From the NCBI GenBank assembly GCA_951406725.2, contig OX597822.1, positions 71,300,001 through 71,364,000 of the forward strand: a DNA stretch of 64,000 nucleotides, in the 5' to 3' direction. The notes under the pieces are model-generated. The model made no database searches. It was not told the origin of the DNA and worked only from the letters and a program-made list of their open reading frames with translations. This stretch comes from Octopus vulgaris (lineage: Eukaryota). Positions 1 to 11,906 of the stretch are shown here, in pieces (position 1 is the stretch's first letter; every line of letters begins with the position of its first letter). The translations under genes and the position numbers were made by a program.

Positions 1-8
1 TGCTTTTA

Positions 9-79
<71 letters not shown>

Positions 80-92
80 TAATAATAATATA
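9..92. repeat. (AAT)n microsatellite
   Basis: Directly visible trinucleotide run. Confidence 0.95.
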
Positions 93-258
93 AAATAGTT
101 TTATTTACTTTAAATCTATATCTATATGGAAATTTTAAAAGATATTTCCTTTTACTTTACTTTGTAAATATACTAACATCATGACCACTTAGGTTTGCTA
201 ATGTTGATCTTAAACATTAATAAACTTTGCTAAATGAGATGGAAAAATTATTAGTAAC

Positions 259-447
259 AAATTTTGGTAGAAGGACAGCAATTTCGTGGGAGGGTATAAG
301 TCGATAACATCGATCTCCGGTCTCCACTGGTATTTATTTTATCGACACCAAAACTGTATTTTTTATTGGCCCCCGAAAGGATGAAGGCAAAGTTGACCTC
401 AGTGGAATTTGATCTCAGAACGTAAAAACGGAGGAAATGCCGCTAAA
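259..447 (-). mobile_element. SINE family B fragment (Meta/MESC-domain-like)
   Basis: ccccgaaaggatgaaggcaaagttgacctc is the reverse complement of the GCCTTTCATCCTTTCGGGGTCGATAAA core, which recurs many times in the window. Confidence 0.8.
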
Positions 448-448
448 A

Positions 449-770
449 CTGGCACTCCGTCAGTACTGAGGACAAGGGTTCCGGTTGATCTGATCAACAG
501 AATAGCCTGCTTGTGAAACTGATATGCAAGTGGCTGAGTACTCTACAGACATGTGTACCCTTCACATAGTTCTCATGGAGATTTAGCATGACACAGAAAG
601 TGACAAGGCTGGTCGTTTGAATGACAGGTAGAAATCACTTTTGCAAGCTGAGTGGACTGGAGCAATGTGAAATAAAGTGTCTTGCTCAAGGACACAGAGA
701 ACCACCAGAAATTGAACTCATGACTGTATGACCATGAGCTGAATACATTAACGACTTAGCTATGTACCTT
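449..770 (-). mobile_element. tRNA-derived SINE (family E)
   Basis: Decayed tRNA head on the minus strand, gtgtcttgctcaaggacac core; body homologous to 43110-43275 in the opposite orientation. Confidence 0.65.
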
Positions 771-1824
771 TAATATAGACTCAATATCTTTGTGGTACTC
801 CAGCGTGGCTGCGGTTAAATGACTGAAACAAATGAAAGAATAAAAGAATAATGATTTATTAAGAATATGGCTGTGGAAAAAAATTAAACCAATTTCTTTT
901 CAGGCATTCACCTTAGTGTGATTGCATTAATACGCTCTGACTCTCACCAATTCTTTTAACGACTTTTTCTTCCTTCCCCAGAATGTCTCAACATTGCTAG
1001 TTGGTGAATGGAAATAAAATCACAGAGGAATTAAGTTACCATAAAATAAGTTACAGAACACAGGAAAAAAAAAGACACAATTTTAGTTTGAAAGAAACAA
1101 AACAAAAAAGACTAGAAACAATTACCGGAAAAAATGTCACATTTCATTTAAATACCATAAATAATAGTTTAATTAATTAAAAAAATAATTTTTTAAACTC
1201 GCTAAATGACAATACATGGCTTCTACACAATGACAACACACACAATATATATATATATAATAGCATTAAATGCTTGCAAAAAGAATCAGATTTTGGATCA
1301 ATATCGTCAATAAAACAATAAAAATCATAAAAAGAAATTTAATTAGTTCATTTATTGAAATTTTCCTGAGATATTTTTTCTGTGACATTTTACTTGCAAT
1401 TTTTTTTTTATTCCTGTGAATTTAATTTTTTTCCTATGGATTCTGTAGCAGATGCACCTATTATGGGATCAATAACGTAACACTAATGATTAACTCTTAA
1501 AATGTTGATAATTAAATGCAGCTAATCCAGTTACATATCGTGAAAGTATTATGACCTTTTTGAAAATATTCCATAATGAGAAAATTGCATACTTTCATTT
1601 TGATGTATCGATATTTTATGTTCCTCCTCCTCCTCTGCTCTTAATATGTGTTAACTCTTTCCAAAGCTCGCATGACACCTGTTATAGAATATTCTCCCTA
1701 CATCTGGGGGAATATTCCATATAATTTTTGGTTCAGTCCTACTGCATGGCACCTCAAGAAAGTATCTTTGCTAATCAAAGCCATGTGAGGATGTGATCGA
1801 CAAAAACAAAAAAGAGCCTGTCAT

Positions 1825-1877
<53 letters not shown>

Positions 1878-1883
<6 letters not shown>

Positions 1884-2934
1884 ATGGAATAAATGGAGTT
1901 GAACGAAGATTGTACAGAATACCTTTTATTACATTCTACACATGTTTCGAAGGCCACAAATTTCCAAATTCTGTTTAAATAAGGGTACCATATTGCGGCT
2001 TTCTCTTCAGGAAAAAAAACAGGAATTCCGTTGACAGGACAAAACAAAACAGAGGCACAGCAATTCGAACGAAGATGCTCCTTAGGAGCCCATGGCTGAA
2101 CTGTTTATCAATGTACGTTGAAATCGGGGATTTGGTGCGTTGAAGATATCTACAGGTCAGGCGGCGGTCAGATCTAGTCGGTGGAAGCAAGGGGTGTGGG
2201 GATGCTCTGTGTGACCAACACTAATGTTCTGAAAAATTTAAGAATGCTGGGTGTATTTTTGGGGGCGAGACAAAAGCCTCCTATAAGCATGTATGTGTGT
2301 GATGGCCTATGTGTGCGTGGTCGTGTGCTGGCGAGGGGGGCTACAAAATGACCACTGCTGAAAAAACCAGTCAAGCGGCTGAAAGAATTTTTTGTGTTCG
2401 TGTGTTCGACTCGGCCTGCTTGTCAAAATTTAACATCGTTAAAGAATCCTAATGGCATATATAGTTCCACGCCTAATGGGAGTAATTTCCCCTTGCAAGG
2501 GTTATTCATAGATTTCTTAATAAGCTTTTTTAAAAATTATTTCCAAAGATTATTTTCATTTTAGTAGGGTAACTAGGTGTTAATTGTCTTAGGTATCATT
2601 TATATGTAAGATATGTATGACGCCTCCAATGGGGACATCGAAAGGCCGACTGTAAAAGACCATTTACCAACCGGTCTCTGGCGAACAGTATGTGGAAATT
2701 TGTGGCCTTCGAAACATGTGTAGAATGTAATAAAAGGTATTCTGTACAATCTTCGTTCAACTCCATTTATTCCATTCACTAATAATATTAAACTTCAATT
2801 ATCCGCTCCAACACACGGTTGCAACACCAAATGGTCTTATCTCCAACCGTGCTGTTTTCCGCAGTGATTTTTGCTACCCAGGTATCGGTTAAACCTTTGA
2901 ATAATCTGTTACAAGAAAATTCATCTTTCTATTT

Positions 2935-2940
<6 letters not shown>
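1878..2940 (-). mobile_element. Non-autonomous Penelope-like/retrozyme insertion with inverted terminal segment, inside (TA)n
   Basis: Perfect 89-bp inverted repeat (1878-1966 vs 2693-2781), hammerhead on the minus strand, (TA)n on both flanks (about 1834-1879 and 2941-3018), no ORF. Confidence 0.75.
1934..2013 (-). ncRNA. Minimal type I hammerhead ribozyme
   Basis: Minus strand reads TTC-CTGAAGA-GAAAGCCGCAA...TTGTGGCCTTC-GAAA-C-ATGT-G-TA-GAA; all core nucleotides present, stems I and II pair. Confidence 0.8.
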
Positions 2941-3018
<78 letters not shown>

Positions 3019-3021
<3 letters not shown>

Positions 3022-3317
3022 CGTGACCGACCAGGCTATCAGATGTTGCTACACATCGCCAGTCACAATGCGCTTCGCATTTTTTTAGCCTCCAAATGAC
3101 GCTACCCCGCTGGCTAAGCGAGCAGGCCAACAGATGAAACAGTGAGAGAAAGTTGTGGCGAAAGAGTACAGCAGGGATAGCCAACACCCCCTGCCGGAGC
3201 CGCGTTGAGCTTTAGGCGTTTTCGCTCAATAAACACTAACAACGCCCGGTCTGGGAATCGAAACCTGGATCCTACAACCGTGAGTCCGCTCCCCTAACCA
3301 CTGGGCCATTGCGCCTC

Positions 3318-3319
<2 letters not shown>
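3019..3319 (-). mobile_element. tRNA-derived SINE (octopus OR-like)
   Basis: Minus-strand A box TGGCCCAGTGG and B box GGTTTCGATTCC; head and body shared with 62570-62875; tail shared with 18328-18449. Confidence 0.8.
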
Positions 3320-3371
<52 letters not shown>

Positions 3372-3389
3372 GAGACGCAAATACACACA

Positions 3390-4175
3390 TTCACACAATG
3401 GTAAATTGCCGCCATTTTATATTTTTTATTTCGTGCATGTACATTGTTTGTTTTTGATTTTGTTGACTTCACACCATAGTAGGGTCAGTTGGGCACTGTC
3501 TGTGAGAAAAACAGTACCATGACACAATTCACTCTATCAGGAATTTGGAAATGACATGTTGCACTGCTTGGTGTTCATGCTGGAATCTCCAATACGAACA
3601 TGGCAGAGTGTTTGGGTGTCAATCTGAGGACAGTGCAATTTGAGGACATGTACCGAGAGTGATTAAGATCAAACAACCAGTCAACATCATGATGTTCGAA
3701 GTGATCACTAGTGATGGCAATGTTATGCCTCCATTAATCTTCCCACATGGCCTCAGCCTCAACACAGAGGCCTACATCAAGTGCCTGGAGGAGGAAGTGC
3801 TGCCCTGGGTGAAGATGGCTGCTGGAAGACCCTATACAATAGGACTCTGCACCATATCACACCAGCAGGAGAACATAGTTATGGCTGTTAGACAACTTCT
3901 ACAACCACATCACCCCTAACATCTGACTCCCCAGACTGCAACCCCCTTGATTATTATGTGTGGGGCACAGTTGAGTGAAAGATCAATAAAACTCCTTGTA
4001 ACACCAAAGATGAACTGAAGGCAAGGATTATGGCTGCATTCAACAACTTAAACAAGGAGATTGTCTAGAAGATTTGCAGGAGATTCTGAAGTCGACTGGA
4101 GGCCATAGTTGAAGCCAGTGGCGATTTTGTTGAATAGATTTACTCTTTAGTATTTCAAGATATTTTTATATAATT
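3390..4175 (+). mobile_element. Decayed Tc1/mariner (maT/DD37D-like) transposase remnant
   Basis: Translates to VITSDGNVMPPLIFPHGL...YIKCLEEEVLPWV...DSAP and PDCNPLDYYVWG...RLEAIVEASGDFVE, with frameshifts and stops. Confidence 0.85.
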
Positions 4176-5320
4176 TTGGTAAACATGCATTCATTTAAGA
4201 ATAAAACATTGATTGATTCTACTGGCCTTAGCAAATATATATGGGAATTGAAATCTAAAGGAATTAAGTATAATTTAAATTGGGAGATAGTTTGTAAAGC
4301 TAAATCTTATCGAATAGGTAATAATTTTTGTTTCCTATGTAGAAATGAATTTATGGAGATATTATTAACTAATAATAAAAAATTGATTAATTCCCAAGAT
4401 GAGCAAAAAATTAAATGCATACATAATTGAAATTACTTATATAATAAGCTTAGCTAATTTGTGTATATATTTAAACCCTGATTTATGTTACTAATTTTTG
4501 TAGTTATAATTTCTAGTAGTATAATGAGTATAAATTAGCAGTAGATTACGTTGTGTGCATTACATAATTGGAATAAGATTAAAGCAAGGTGTTTATAAAT
4601 TAAATAAATAAATTGATGAATATAGATTAAGTTATCGAAATTTAGTTTATTTTATGTATGTTACATATTTTAGTTTTAAATTATTGAGATTTTGGAATTT
4701 TTCCAGTAAATGCTGTATTACATCTAGTTTATCTCTTATTTTCATAACTAAAATACATTTTTCTATCTATTTATTCTATTGTTATTATTTACGTCATGTT
4801 TTCACGTGATAAATTTCTTAGTAACGCTAGGTTCTAAGTATAACGTTTAAAATTTCAGTTAACTGGAATTCCTCAATAAGATAAGTTATAATTTTATTTT
4901 TCAATAATATTGTTATATTTTATCCGAGTATTTACGGTTAAGATATGTATTTTTCTATATTTATTTATTATATGTTAAGATACATACATTTATTTTATTA
5001 TTATTTTAGACCTGAAGAGTGGCTATATTTTTAAATCGAATTAATTTCAAATTGAATAAATTTTAATTGTATCGATTTTATTATTATCAATTTAAAGACA
5101 TAGTCACGAAACGCGTGTAGTCAATTTAATGTTTATTTAATTTAGTGATTTTTAAAATTAATATTTATTATAGTATATTTTAATTTTTCTATATAGATAA
5201 GGTCTTTCACTATTGAATTATTTAATAGAGGTAATTTCTCTTAATTATATACATATATTATATATTGTGAAATTTGATTTTGAATTGCTAAATTGAATTT
5301 TTCCCTGTAAGTTTGGAATT
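4176..5320 (+). mobile_element. 5'-truncated Penelope-like retroelement (GIY-YIG C-terminus, 3' UTR/pLTR with hammerhead)
   Basis: ORF 4176-4430 STGLSKYIWELK...NWEIV..KA..Y....CFLC..E..I....LIN..E....CIH; hammerhead at 5009; ends at (TA)n; truncates the Tc1/mariner remnant. Confidence 0.85.
5009..5122 (+). ncRNA. Minimal type I hammerhead ribozyme with long stem II
   Basis: GAC-CTGAAGA-GTGGCTATATTTTTAAAT...ATTTAAAGACATAGTCAC-GAAA-C-GCGT-G-TA-GTC. Confidence 0.85.
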
Positions 5321-5419
5321 ATATATATATATATGTATATATCTATATGTGTGTGTGTGTGTGTGCGTGTGTGTGTGTGTGCGTGTGTGTGTGTGTGTGT
5401 ATATGTATATATTTATGTG

Positions 5420-5638
5420 TGTGTGTTTTAGTGTTTGTCCCCTCACACCATCGCTTGACAACCGATGTTGGTGGGCTTATGTCCCTTAGTGGTTTGGCAA
5501 AAAAATTTGATAGAATAAGAACTAGGCTAAGAAAGAGCTAAGTCCTGGAGTCAATTTCTGCAACTAAAAAAGCCCTTTAAATCAGTGCTCCACCATGGCC
5601 GCAGTTAAATGAGTGAAACAAGTAAAAGGATAAAAGAA
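5420..5638 (+). mobile_element. SINE family A, 3' half
   Basis: tgtttgtcccc...gcttgacaaccgatg...gtgctccaccatggccgcagttaaatgagtgaaacaagtaaaag, matching other family A copies. Confidence 0.8.
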
Positions 5639-5781
5639 TATGTGTATGAGTGTGTGTTGTTGTCTCCTTACTTTGACACTGCATGGTGGTAGTGAATGAA
5701 TGCTACCAACATGCAAGCAGTGTCCTTTGTTTCCAATCTTCCAGGAAAACATGTCTAGTCATGGGGAAATATTTACCTTAC

Positions 5782-6560
5782 TTGGAAACAGGTGAGGGTT
5801 GGTGACAAGGAGGACATCCAGCCATTAAAAAATCCAGTTCAACAAGTTCTGTCTGACCCCTGTGCACATGGTAAAGTGGATGATAATGATGATGACGACG
5901 ATTGTGATGATGACAATGATGACGATGGTGATGATGATGATGACAATGACAATGATGACAATGATGATGACAACGATGATGATGATGATGATAATGATTT
6001 TGTAACGACGATGATGATGATGATGACAATGATGATGATGATGATGACAACGACGATGGTGACGATGGTCTGAGACGGTGCTGTTTTTATGCATGCAGAT
6101 ACCATAAATGCCATCCCCCCACAAATATCCACTTCGTTTCGTTAGCACAAGTGTTGCTCCCCAACAAACCCATACCTTGACCTACACAGACATGCCATCT
6201 CTTCATTTCTCTGACATTTCTGCTGCTACTGCACTCAGTTGGAAACTGGTGAGGGTTGGTGACAGGGAGGGCATCCAGCCATAAAAAAATCCAGCTCAAC
6301 AAATTCTGTCTGACGCCTGTGTACATGAAAAAGTGGGCATAAAAAATGATGACAATGATGATGATGGTGATAGCGATGACGACAGTGATAATGATGGCCT
6401 AAGACGGTGCTGCTTTTATGCATACAGAGATGCCATCCCCAGAAAATATCCACTTCGGTTTGTTAGCACAAGTGTTGCTCCCCAACACACCCCATACCTT
6501 GACCTACACAGACATGCCATCTCTTCATTTCTCTGACATTTCTGCTGCAACTACACTCAG
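5782..6560 (+). repeat. Local tandem duplication (5782-6238 / 6239-6560) of a retro-tail with (GAT)n plus about 170 bp of flank
   Basis: Both units start ttggaaac.ggtgagggttggtgaca and end ctgacatttctgctgc.act.cactcag. Confidence 0.9.
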
Positions 6561-7139
6561 CACTGCTTCTCACAATTGGCTGGCCTTATGCCATCTTTAC
6601 TTGACTCACACATCCTTCATATTATTAATAGATTTAAAACTAACTATAAGTTCACTATTGATTCTTCTGTCTCCTAAAATTCAAAATATGTTGCTTATTT
6701 TAAAAGTAATTTTTTAAAACGTTTTGTTTTCAAAATGTTCAATACAAAACTGTTCTTATTGATTTGGTGAGGAAGGTTTTAGTGGATTTACCTCAACTCA
6801 CATACAAGTTTGACATTATATCATTGAACACTCAGAAAATGAAAGTGAAAGTAGACCTCAGTGCAATTAGAGCACAAAGAGATGACATAAATAGCTTCAG
6901 TCTCACTGAATAGCAGTTTGGACATGTGTCTTCTACTACAGTCTATGCAACATGAGTGAATATGGTTGACAGAAACTGTGTTGAAGCCCATCATGTGTAT
7001 GCATATATGTGTATGTGTGTGTGTATGTATTTTTGTATCTGTCTTTCTGCCTCCCAAACCATTTGACAACTGGTGCTGGTTTGTTTACATCTTTGTAACC
7101 TAGCAGTTTGGCAAAAGAGGCCAACAGAATAAATACTTA

Positions 7140-7563
7140 CTCTTTTACTTGTTTCAGTCATTTGACTGCAGCCATGCTGGAGCACTGCCTTTAGTTGAGC
7201 AAATCGACTCCAGGACTTATTCTTTGTAAGCCTAGTACTTATTCTATTGGTCTCTTTTGCCGAACTGCTAAGTTATGGGGACATAAAAACACCAGCATCG
7301 GTTGTCAAGTGATGTTGGGGGGACAAACACAGACACACAAACATATATACACACATGCATACATGCATATACACACATATATACATATATACATATATAC
7401 AATGGGCTTCTTTCAGTTTCCGTCTACCAAATCCAGTCACAAGTCTTTGGTTGGCCTGAGGCTATAGTAGAAGACACTTGCCCAAGGTGCCATGCAGTGG
7501 GACTGAACCCAGAACCAAGTGGTTCATAAGCAAGCTACTTACCACACAGCCACTCCTACACCT
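7140..7563 (-). mobile_element. tRNA-derived SINE family A, full length
   Basis: Reverse complement of the 10069-10475 copy. Confidence 0.9.
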
Positions 7564-8019
7564 ATGTATAAAATATATAAAATAAATGATAATGAAATGG
7601 CTGCATTGAGCCCCACTCTTAAGCAGTACCATTTAAAATGTTTTTAAATGTTTTTACAAACAGTTTTTAATAATTTTCTTTGTTTGAAATGTTGGCACAA
7701 GGTCAGAGAATCTGGAGAATATGGCTAGTTGATTACATTAACCTCAGTACTCAGCTGCTGTATGTTTTATTGACCTTGAAAGAATGACAGACAAAGTTGA
7801 CCTTGGTGGAATTTCAATTCAGAAAATAAATATGGATAAAATGCCACTACGCATTTTCCCCATCATGCCTTAAACTAAACAAAACATTAATTTAATTTTC
7901 TTTTTCTTAATTTCTTGCAAACACTAAAAAAAAAATATGTGTTTTCAACCAACAGAAATTACAACCACTTCTCTTTTGTGTTACTAATGTCATTAGAACT
8001 GCAGAAATTGTAGTTAAGA

Positions 8020-8349
8020 TATCTGTGCCGGTGACACATAAAAAGCACTGTCTGAGCATGGCCGATGCCAGCGCCACCTGACTGGCGTCCGTGTCGGTGA
8101 CACGTAAAAGCACCAACTGATCGTGGCCATTTGCCAGCCTCCTCTGGCCCCTGTGCTGGTGGCATGTAAAAAGCACCCACTACACTCATGGAGTGGTTGG
8201 CGTTAGGAAGGGCATCAAGCTATAGAAACATTGCCAGATCAGACTGGAGCCTGGTGCAACCATCTGGTTTGCTAGACCCCGGTCGAACCGTCCAACCCAT
8301 GCTAGCATGGAAAATGGACGTTAAATGATGATGATGATGATGATGATGA
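8020..8349 (+). mobile_element. Non-autonomous retroelement family C with (GAT)n tail
   Basis: ggcacgtaaaagcacc-type internal repeats, ggaagggcatc...aacccatgctagcatggaaaatggacgttaaa(tga)n; many other copies (e.g. 15325-15680, 18480-18735, 27215-27620, 38545-38925, 50700-51045, 58390-58750). Confidence 0.8.
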
Positions 8350-10068
8350 ACTCACTTTGTCTCCCCTGTAAATATGGATCCTTCTAGCTATGTAAGAAAT
8401 TGCAATTAACTTTTGTTAAAAATAATCTTGATAAATTGTTAGTTTAATTTTCAGAGTATTTTCTGTAGCTAATCAGTGAAGAAAATTTTCATGACAAAAA
8501 AGGAAAAAAAAAGAAAAAAAATGCATAAACAGGTAAAGCAAATCTTACATTTCTAAATCTCTCAGTAAACATGTATTAATCTGCACCAATTTTCTTTTAA
8601 ACACAGCATATTTTGCAATAGATTTTATTTATTTAAGAATAATTTGGGGATATCTAGAATCCAACAAGAATTATATCCAAATCTAATATCAGTACAGATT
8701 GAGCAAACAAATGTATTTTGTCAAACTTTGTAATAAATTATTATGTGAAAAATGTTTTTTTTTCTTCTGTTATACATATATGTAAAATAATTTGATTCCC
8801 ATTCAAAATTGACAAGAAAATTTTTTATATGCAATGTAGCATTCAGAATGCTGAGATGGAAGAAAAAAATAGATGTTACAGCTGCGAGAGAAAAAAAAAA
8901 GGAAAAAATTTCCACAAGATTTCCATTCTTCTTTAAGCTGTAACTATGGTATCTGTTATTGTAATATAAATTACATTTACATGACAAATACAGACTATAA
9001 GTACAACTGAAGAAGATTCAAGAAACAATGAAAATCATGTAAACACTAAAATTTAACCTTCGACAAAACCATTTCTCTCAATTTTTGCAAAGCAGATTAT
9101 ATGAAGCATATATGCATTTAGTTTATGACAGCATTGCAAGGAAACACAAAAAGTGAATAGGGAAAATATCATATGCCTAGAGAGCGGCTAAATTTAGCAA
9201 GAAATGGTGTCCACATGTAAAAATGAGAATTGTAGATGTCGTGGTTGGTAGGATTTCAGATAGCTTTCTGCGAGTTCAGCAGTTTTGTACTCTGTCGTTA
9301 TAACCATGCTGTGTCCTTGGCTAAGATGTTTACCTCTCAACAATTTGATTCACCTAGTTGTTGGTAAATATTACTAGACAGTTTAATTTTCATCTGCAGG
9401 CTGTAGGACAAGAACAAGTGTTAAATCAAATATTTTGCTAGCATGCACTACTGAGCTCTTTTAAAGAGTTGCTTTCTTTTTTTTAAGTTTCTCATTCACT
9501 TAACTCTAAGAAACTGGTGTCACATGATACATTAACAATGGTTTCAAATTTTGGCACTTGGCCAGCAGGCACATGGGAGAAGGAAGGTCGATTATATTGA
9601 CCTTGTGCTCAATTGGTACTTTTTTTATCAACTCTGAAAGGCTGAAAGGCTGAAAAGCAAAGCCAACCTCAGTGGAATTTGATCTCAAGATGTAAAGACA
9701 GACAAAATGTTGTTAAGTATTTTGTCTGGCAGCTAACAATTCTGTTAACTCACCACTTTGCTTGATACCTTCATAATAACCTGAGTCTGAGAAAAGCAAT
9801 AAAATAATAAATTCTAAGAAATCCTAGAAGAAGCCATGTCCTACACATATGAGATGAGCAGATGGTAAACATTACTGGCCCATATTTGAAATAGCAAGAT
9901 CATGGAACAAATTACCAGAGGGAATCATATTATGTCATAAGAGGAAAATAACTTGTGGAATAATATTCAGCACGCTTCCATTAAGGTAGATGGTGTCTCA
10001 TATTAATGAGGCACAATATAACTGGATATTAATGCAGCTTCTCAAGTTGTTAAACATATGCATCTATA

Positions 10069-10475
10069 GGCGCAGGAGTGGCTGTGTGGTAAGTAGCTTG
10101 TTTACCAACCACATGGTTCCGGGTTCAGTCCCACTGTGTGGCATCTTGGGCAAGTGTCTTCTACTATAGCCTCGGGCCGACCAGAGCCTTGTGAGTGGAT
10201 TTGGTAGACGGAAACTGAAAGAAGCCTGTTGTATATATGTACATATATATATGCGTGCATGTGTTTGTATGTCTGTGTTTGTCCCCCTAGCATTGCTTGA
10301 CAACCGATGCTGGTGTGTTTATGTCCCCGTTACTTAGCGGTTCGGCAAAAGAGACCGATAGAATAAGTACTGGGCTTACAAAAGAATAAGTCCCGGGGTC
10401 GATTTGCTTGATTAAAAGGCGGTGCTCCAGCATGGCTGCTGTCAAATGACTGAAACAAGTAAAAGAGTAAAGAGA
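10069..10475 (+). mobile_element. tRNA-derived SINE family A, full length
   Basis: A box TGGCTGTGTGG, B-box-like GGTTCAGTCC, central microsatellite, tail ggtgctccagcatggc...gactgaaacaag(taaaagag)n. Confidence 0.9.
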
Positions 10476-10485
10476 ATATGTCATT

Positions 10486-10634
10486 GTTCAGATTTAAGAT
10501 TTCTTGCCAATAGAGAAAGAGTTGGTTTCTAACCCAGATCCAAGGCTACTTCATTGGAAGTTCAACAACATCAACATGGTATTTTCTATGTATGTACGTA
10601 TGTATGTATGTATGTATGTATGTATGTATGTATG

Positions 10635-10665
<31 letters not shown>

Positions 10666-10781
10666 GCATGCATGTATTTATGTATGTATGCATGTATATA
10701 TGTATGTATGTATGCATGTATATATGAATTCATGTATGTATGTATGTATGTATGTATGCATGTATATATGAATTCATGTAC

Positions 10782-10812
<31 letters not shown>

Positions 10813-11107
10813 TGCATGCATGTATGTATGTATGTATTTATGTATATATCTATGTAATTATGTATGTATGTATGCAGATTTGTATGTTTTGTATTATGTA
10901 TGCATTCTCATGCATATAGTTGCATGTCTAGACATGCTCATATATACTTAAATGATTAACTTCTGGAAAGTTTTACAGATTTTTACAGTTCCAATGTTAG
11001 CTTGAATCTTTAGTCTTCGAATCAGCTTTCTCCTTTCTGGTTTTGAGAAGCTTAATTTCCCAAGATTGGTATTTAGGCAGTGTGTTACATATCCCAGGGC
11101 CATAATG
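10486..11107 (-). mobile_element. 3' fragment of an RLE-type non-LTR retrotransposon (R4/Dong/NeSL-like) with (CATA)n in the 3' UTR
   Basis: Minus strand about 11106-10948 reads IMALGYVTHCLNTNLGKLSFSKPERRKLIRRLKIQANIGTVKICKTFQKLII*, resembling the (G)ALG...IQ...GT.KI end of restriction-like endonuclease domains. Confidence 0.7.
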
Positions 11108-11259
11108 ATTACAACTCTAAGCCTGAACTTGTGACATGGATATGTATGTATGTATGTATTTCCAGATAAGGGAAGTAAAAATCAGTCCACAAATATATAA
11201 TCAGGCAAACTTCAAGGAATTTTGTGTAGCTCTGCTTCAGCAAGACTTGAAAAAAATCA

Positions 11260-11407
11260 TAGAAAGAAGTGAAATGGATACAGTAAACTTGCCATGGGGA
11301 GTAGAATATCCAGTGTTTCAGAACCAATCCTGACGAAGGATTGCATCCAAAATGTTGGGTATTCTACTTCTCATGGCAAGTTCCCTGTACCCATTTCACT
11401 TCTTTCT
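11260..11407. repeat. Imperfect hairpin of about 60 bp with a decayed hammerhead-like loop
   Basis: agaaagaagtgaaatggatacagtaaacttgccatggggagtagaatatccagtgtttc pairs with aaaatgttgggtattctacttctcatggcaagttccctgtacccatttcacttctttct. Confidence 0.8.
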
Positions 11408-11639
11408 TATTTCTTTATTGCCCACAAGAGGCTAAACATACAGGGGACAAACAAAGACAGATAAAGGGATTAAGTCGATTACATCGACCCTAGTGCATAA
11501 CTGGTACTTAATTTATCGACCCCGAAAAGACGAAAGGCAAAGTCGATCTCGGCGGAATTTGAACTCAGAATGTAATGGCAGACGAAATACTGCTAAGCAT
11601 TTCGCCCGGCATGCTAACGTTTCTGCCAGCTCACTGCCT
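11408..11639 (-). mobile_element. SINE family B with TSD
   Basis: TSD ttcacttctttct at 11395-11407 and 11640-11652. Confidence 0.9.
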
Positions 11640-11651
11640 TTCACTTCTTTC

Positions 11652-11906
11652 TATTGTGTTGGTGCATAATTATTGCGGCTTTTTTTCAACAAATTTTGTT
11701 CAACAAAAACAATAACAACATGTAACAAAAACATCTTTAAATGATTATTCTGGAGCATATTCACCATCTACTTCAATTACTGCTACCCATTTACTTGGCA
11801 GTCAGTCAGACCATCATTTACAAATGTTTTTGTTAAATATTGTTATTATTTTTGTTGAATTAAATTTATTGATAAAAAGCTGCAATAATTATGCACCAAC
11901 CCAATA
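11652..11906. mobile_element. Mariner-type MITE
   Basis: TIRs tattgtgttggtgcataattattgcggc / gctgcaataattatgcaccaacccaata. Confidence 0.85.

Noticed and set aside
3240-3319. tRNA genes (also 20432-20500 and 62795-62875)
   Set aside because: These are SINE heads: A and B boxes are present but there is no acceptor stem, and they continue into repeat bodies
11136-11333. Exon-like ORF after a ttccag acceptor
   Set aside because: No recognisable protein motif, and its 3' half is one arm of the fold-back repeat
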